Source of the DNA: a virus
Taxonomy: Duplodnaviria; Caudoviricetes
IMG/VR virus record: IMGVR_UViG_3300017909_002469
Location: 1 to 48,019 of that record
Strand: one strand, 5' to 3'
Length of the DNA stretch: 48,019 nt
The notes beneath the pieces are model-generated. The model was not told the origin of the DNA, made no database searches, and saw only the letters and a program-made list of their open reading frames with translations. How positions within the stretch are numbered: the first letter of the stretch is position 1; the number at the start of each line of letters is the position of its first letter. Shown one piece after another: positions 43,932 through 48,019 of the stretch. The position numbers and the translations under genes were made by a program.

Positions 43932-46900
43932 TTACCTCGCATTAGCGTATTTGAAGGGTTGTTGGGCAAATGCCATGTATAAATATAAACTGCCAGAGTT
44001 GTTATATGAATTAGACCCAGAATACATAACAAACCCGTTAGATAAAAAATCAGCACGGAGCGTTGTATCAGTGCTTTCCGCATTATTTGCATTAGCGTAC
44101 AAGCTATCTACAGTGGTAAATGAATTATCAGGAGTTCGTTTGTTGTCGTGAATAATCCAGCTTCCTGTGGTAGAAATGTTTTTTACCATTACCCAAGCAG
44201 GTCTAAATCCGGTGTATATAAACGGCCCCGCCGAGGCTGATTCATTACCTGTGTATGTGCCAATCTTACTGAACCCTTCCACGCTCCTGAAAGCGAAACA
44301 AATGTTGTCCGTTCCATTAAGGTTGGCTGATCTATTGTAATCCAGTTCAACCCATTGATTAGTCCACTGCGTGTTGGTAGAAGCCGCGTTATTGATTCGT
44401 GCGGCATCGGTATTTAACTTTAAAATGTCTCCTCCTCCAGAGCCATTGTCATCAAACGCATTGCCTTGAATAAACCATTCACCATACGTGGAGCCTGTGT
44501 CTAATCCCTTGAACCAAAATAGTTCTGGTATTACTGCTGTTCCGTTTTCATCCACTAGCCCATGAGCAAACTTGTTACGAATAGAAGAGCTTCCTGTGCC
44601 TTTTCCAGCATAGGTGAAGATACTAACTCCTGTTTTCCCGCCACGAATTCCAGAAGAATCATAATCGCCAATTCCGGTAGCACTAGCATCGTTGGACCAA
44701 GATTCAGAAATGTTTGCCCAGCACCAAGCAACGTAGTCCTCGCCATCGGTGTTGACCGTGACATCATTGCCGACCGTAAATCCATTCTTGTTGAAGTCCA
44801 CAAGAGTGTTTAGCTCCTCGGCTTCATCAGTAGCTTCGTTTGGCTCTAAGGATTTTCGAACACCCCGCAAAGTCGTAAATAGCTTATGGTCATCGGTTGC
44901 GTCACGATTTTTAATCCACACCCAATTAGGTGACTCAAGGTTCTGATCTTCAACTGTAACAGTAGTTCCTGAAAGAGCTACGAAACCCGTTGGCGGCGTA
45001 TAGGTAAACCCTCTTTGGCCAAAATTAACGCTGAAAAATGAATTATTTGTCGTACCTCCTGATCCAACTTGCGGTTGCCACCTTGTCACGCCCGGAATAC
45101 TATTCAACGGAATAGTCCCCTGACCTGCGTTATTTTTATAGAATTGAACGGTCCCGTTATCCAAGTCTAAAGCAACACCTATTGTGTCTCCGTTAGTGTA
45201 AGTAGCGCCATAAGAACTCACAGCAGTATCTATAAGCTTGTTACCGTTGCTTGATCTATAAACGATTGCCTTGTCGCTAAAACTTGCAGGGATAGTATGG
45301 TTTGCGTCTGCTACAGCAATATCGATGTTTGCGCCTCCTCCTGCGGCAATAGTGTCTACTTCCCAATAGTATTTGCCTTTTTTAGCTGAAAAAGTTCCTC
45401 TAATACCTGCTCTAACGCCTTGATACCTAAGACCGCCTTCGGTGATGACAATACTGGTGGTGATACCCGTCTGATTAGTATCTAATACGCAAAAGTCATT
45501 CGTAGGACTATCTGAAACCTGATCCGTAGTCGCCATATTATTTAGCGTGAAATCGTTGGTATTACCGGACGTATCATCGCCCAGTGTAGTTGTGCTTGTA
45601 GCGTCTTCAAACTGCAACCGATACCCGCTTGACCCGTAAGTTACAGAAGGCTCAATAGGACTCCAAACACCATTAGCATCAAATGCCCCGAACGAAGTGG
45701 CGTTCAGTGCAGTACCGGATACAAAATTCACATCGGCTATGTACCCATCGAATGTATAATCCCCGCTACCGGCATAGTGACCAATGTGATTAGCCCCAGA
45801 AGTCGTTGATAAGGTGAACCCTGTGCCCGTGCCAATTTGAATTCCATCTAAATAAAATGTGTATGACCCAGAGGATTGTGAATAGACAAGATGATGCCAA
45901 AAGGAATCCTCGATAGCGGGTCCAAAAGCGCTTACACCGGAGCCCGCATAAACATAAAAATTATCTGAAGTCTGGTGTAATGCAATACCGTTACTACCGC
46001 TAGACCAAAGGTACATGTACGCACCTGTAATATTAGATCTCTTGAACCACATCGAAACTGTATAAGTAGTGTCGGCAGATCCGGTCGTACCAGAAAGATA
46101 GTGATTTGAGCCATCGTCTAGGATTAAAGACTTATCAATAATCCCTGTAACAGCGGGTTGTCTGATGACATCACCAACTTGCAATCCCGTGCCGTTACCT
46201 GTGTATGTAAAGGTGTCAAAGTAATCGCGTGATTCTTCACCCTCGTTAGGATCAATAATAGGGTCGGGCATGTTTGTTGTGTTTAGAGCCTCATACCCTG
46301 ATGGGGGTGTATATATGAAAGCCTGTTGGCCGAAATTCATAAAGTAGCCTACTGCTTGCGCTGTTGAGGAAGAACCTATAAGAGGCGCAAAAGTACCACT
46401 TAAACTGCTAAAGGCTTGCCCTTGATCAGCTCCATTTTTGTAAAATTTAAGAGTTCCGGCATCCATGTCTAAAGCAACGCCAATTACATCACCGGCAGTA
46501 AATGTGGCTCCGTATGAGGAAACTGTAGAATCATTTACCTTTTGGCCTGTTCCTGCGTAATAGGTATACGAATCTGGGTCATAACCCGGCAGAGCAGTTA
46601 TCACAACATCTGTTTTAGCGATGCCTACCGACTCTCTGCTTCCCGTACCCGTTATTTCTGCTTCCCAATACCACTTACCGGAAGACACAGCCATAGTAGC
46701 TCTACAGCTTCCAAGCCCCGATGCTGAAATAGTTGCGTCAAGATTGCCGTTTGATAATGCTACATCAGAATCTTTGTCCAAAGAATTCAACGTAGCAAAG
46801 CTATTAGTCGGGCTGTCCGAAAGCGAGTCCATGTAATCTAGGTTTTCTGGTTGCCAATCGTTGTTGTTGCTCGACTGATCTAGCCAGAAGGCGGCGCTAC

Positions 46901-48019
46901 GGGTGTCTGCAAAGGCGGCGTAGTAGTATGTTGAGGTATTAGTGTTAATACCGGCGTTAGTTCCATTAACAGTAAATCCAGTAGCGGTAAACTCGATTGC
47001 GTATGTCGAACTATCAACTTCAGCCGCAGTGAGATCTGGAAATAGTCCTAAAGTTACATCATTTATAACATCTCTGGTGTTATCAAACATGTACCAAGAA
47101 GCTGTTGTGTTCTTTTTAATAATAACTAATCCGGGCTTAAATCCAGTCGTTACTGTATTACCTGTAGATCCTGTCCCTGTATAGCTTCCAAACTTTGATA
47201 CGCCAGTAGTTTCTGTCCAACAGTAGGCAATAATGTCATCACTAGAACCATTCATAACATTTGAACTACCAAGTGTTATTACACTGTTTGATGGATCAGT
47301 GTCCTGAAAGTACACAGAATTTGCCGATACAGGTCCGCCAGTACCGTTTAAAGTGGTAATTGTAGTATTGCCAACTGATGTGTGATATACAGCCCAATCG
47401 GAAGCATCCGTCCTATTTTTAAAAATCATCCAATCTGGAGCAGACGACAGGCCGTGACCTACCGTGGCGTTAGCGCCCGTACCGGTATAGCTAACAACAC
47501 TGAACCCAGTGGTATCACTCGCAACAACGGTTGATTGAGTTGTGCCATCAACATTGGTATACCCCTTTGTAGACGGTGTATTGGCCTGACCGCCCATACC
47601 AGAATGGCTACTACAATAGTAGTAAAGGGTTGGTGCGCCAGAGGCTACGGTAATTTCTGTGTAAGCACCTGCTGAACCGGGCGTTCCGTTTGTTGTGACA
47701 CCTGTGGTGTACTCAGATCCGCCGCCGTGCGTCCCGTCAGACGTTGTTGAGAAACGAATTGGGTGACCTGAGTTTGAGCTATCAGCTTGGTCAAAACGGT
47801 ATGTGCCTCCTTCAGATAGCTCTAAAGTAATTGCACTGGTGCCAAAGTCATCGAAGCGATATTTGTTACCACTATCAGAAACTACCTTGACCACATACGT
47901 ATTAGACTGTGAGGCTCCACCTGCGTCCCAACACCATGCAACGTAGTTTTTATCATCCTGATTGTTTGCAAGATTAGCGGAACGATAGCTAGTGCTGAAT
48001 CCATCGTTAATTATATCAA
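43932..48019 (-). CDS. Tail fiber/receptor-binding protein with SPRY and LamG (ConA-like) domains; 5' end outside the window
   Basis: Frame stays open upstream of the track start 47894 to the window edge (…NYVAWCWDAGG…); repeated GKWYWE...GDVIGVALD SPRY motifs, WHHLV LamG motif, repeated YTGNG/GF.P..V.IK modules. Confidence 0.85.
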   Translation of the reverse strand, partial: DIINDGFSTSYRSANLANNQDDKNYVAWCWDAGGASQSNTYVVKVVSDSGNKYRFDDFGTSAITLELSEGGTYRFDQADSSNSGHPIRFSTTSDGTHGGGSEYTTGVTTNGTPGSAGAYTEITVASGAPTLYYYCSSHSGMGGQANTPSTKGYTNVDGTTQSTVVASDTTGFSVVSYTGTGANATVGHGLSSAPDWMIFKNRTDASDWAVYHTSVGNTTITTLNGTGGPVSANSVYFQDTDPSNSVITLGSSNVMNGSSDDIIAYCWTETTGVSKFGSYTGTGSTGNTVTTGFKPGLVIIKKNTTASWYMFDNTRDVINDVTLGLFPDLTAAEVDSSTYAIEFTATGFTVNGTNAGINTNTSTYYYAAFADTRSAAFWLDQSSNNNDWQPENLDYMDSLSDSPTNSFATLNSLDKDSDVALSNGNLDATISASGLGSCRATMAVSSGKWYWEAEITGTGSRESVGIAKTDVVITALPGYDPDSYTYYAGTGQKVNDSTVSSYGATFTAGDVIGVALDMDAGTLKFYKNGADQGQAFSSLSGTFAPLIGSSSTAQAVGYFMNFGQQAFIYTPPSGYEALNTTNMPDPIIDPNEGEESRDYFDTFTYTGNGTGLQVGDVIRQPAVTGIIDKSLILDDGSNHYLSGTTGSADTTYTVSMWFKRSNITGAYMYLWSSGSNGIALHQTSDNFYVYAGSGVSAFGPAIEDSFWHHLVYSQSSGSYTFYLDGIQIGTGTGFTLSTTSGANHIGHYAGSGDYTFDGYIADVNFVSGTALNATSFGAFDANGVWSPIEPSVTYGSSGYRLQFEDATSTTTLGDDTSGNTNDFTLNNMATTDQVSDSPTNDFCVLDTNQTGITTSIVITEGGLRYQGVRAGIRGTFSAKKGKYYWEVDTIAAGGGANIDIAVADANHTIPASFSDKAIVYRSSNGNKLIDTAVSSYGATYTNGDTIGVALDLDNGTVQFYKNNAGQGTIPLNSIPGVTRWQPQVGSGGTTNNSFFSVNFGQRGFTYTPPTGFVALSGTTVTVEDQNLESPNWVWIKNRDATDDHKLFTTLRGVRKSLEPNEATDEAEELNTLVDFNKNGFTVGNDVTVNTDGEDYVAWCWANISESWSNDASATGIGDYDSSGIRGGKTGVSIFTYAGKGTGSSSIRNKFAHGLVDENGTAVIPELFWFKGLDTGSTYGEWFIQGNAFDDNGSGGGDILKLNTDAARINNAASTNTQWTNQWVELDYNRSANLNGTDNICFAFRSVEGFSKIGTYTGNESASAGPFIYTGFRPAWVMVKNISTTGSWIIHDNKRTPDNSFTTVDSLYANANNAESTDTTLRADFLSNGFVMYSGSNSYNNSGSLYLYMAFAQQPFKYANAR

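Noticed and set aside
43932-48019. Diversity-generating retroelement acting on the tail fiber
   Set aside because: No reverse transcriptase and no adenine-specific TR/VR pair seen; repeats are diverged protein-level domain duplications.

Overview
This window is most of the genome of a tailed dsDNA bacteriophage with podovirus-like gene content typical of uncultured marine phages; the host is possibly an alphaproteobacterium (inference). It is cut inside genes at both ends. Minus-strand modules: head/packaging (terS, terL, portal, GroES, scaffold, major capsid; 1-12.1 kb) and tail/ejection/lysis (24.7-48 kb), the latter including a 2971-aa polyvalent virion protein. A plus-strand early region (12.2-18.0 kb) encodes a MoxR-type AAA+ ATPase and a vWA/metallopeptidase pair. 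A divergent replication/recombination module (18.0-24.6 kb) encodes primase-helicase, RusA-like resolvase, PD-(D/E)xK exonuclease, Sak3-like annealing protein and an SSB-like protein. No DNA polymerase, integrase, tRNA or CRISPR array was seen. The strongest unexplained signals are: (1) a 22-bp palindrome, AAAAAGTGCA-NN-TG(C/A)ACTTTTT, in 15 copies every 1.4-4.3 kb, five of them deep inside coding sequences; (2) a four-copy, covarying pseudoknot RNA motif at early gene boundaries; (3) further structured non-coding RNA candidates (a ~590-nt early leader, a ~200-nt pseudoknotted RNA, two anti-Shine-Dalgarno sRNA candidates); (4) a polyvalent protein whose domains are separated by a repeated [F/L/Q]S[K/R]R linker. 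All protein family calls come from motif recognition by eye, not from database searches.
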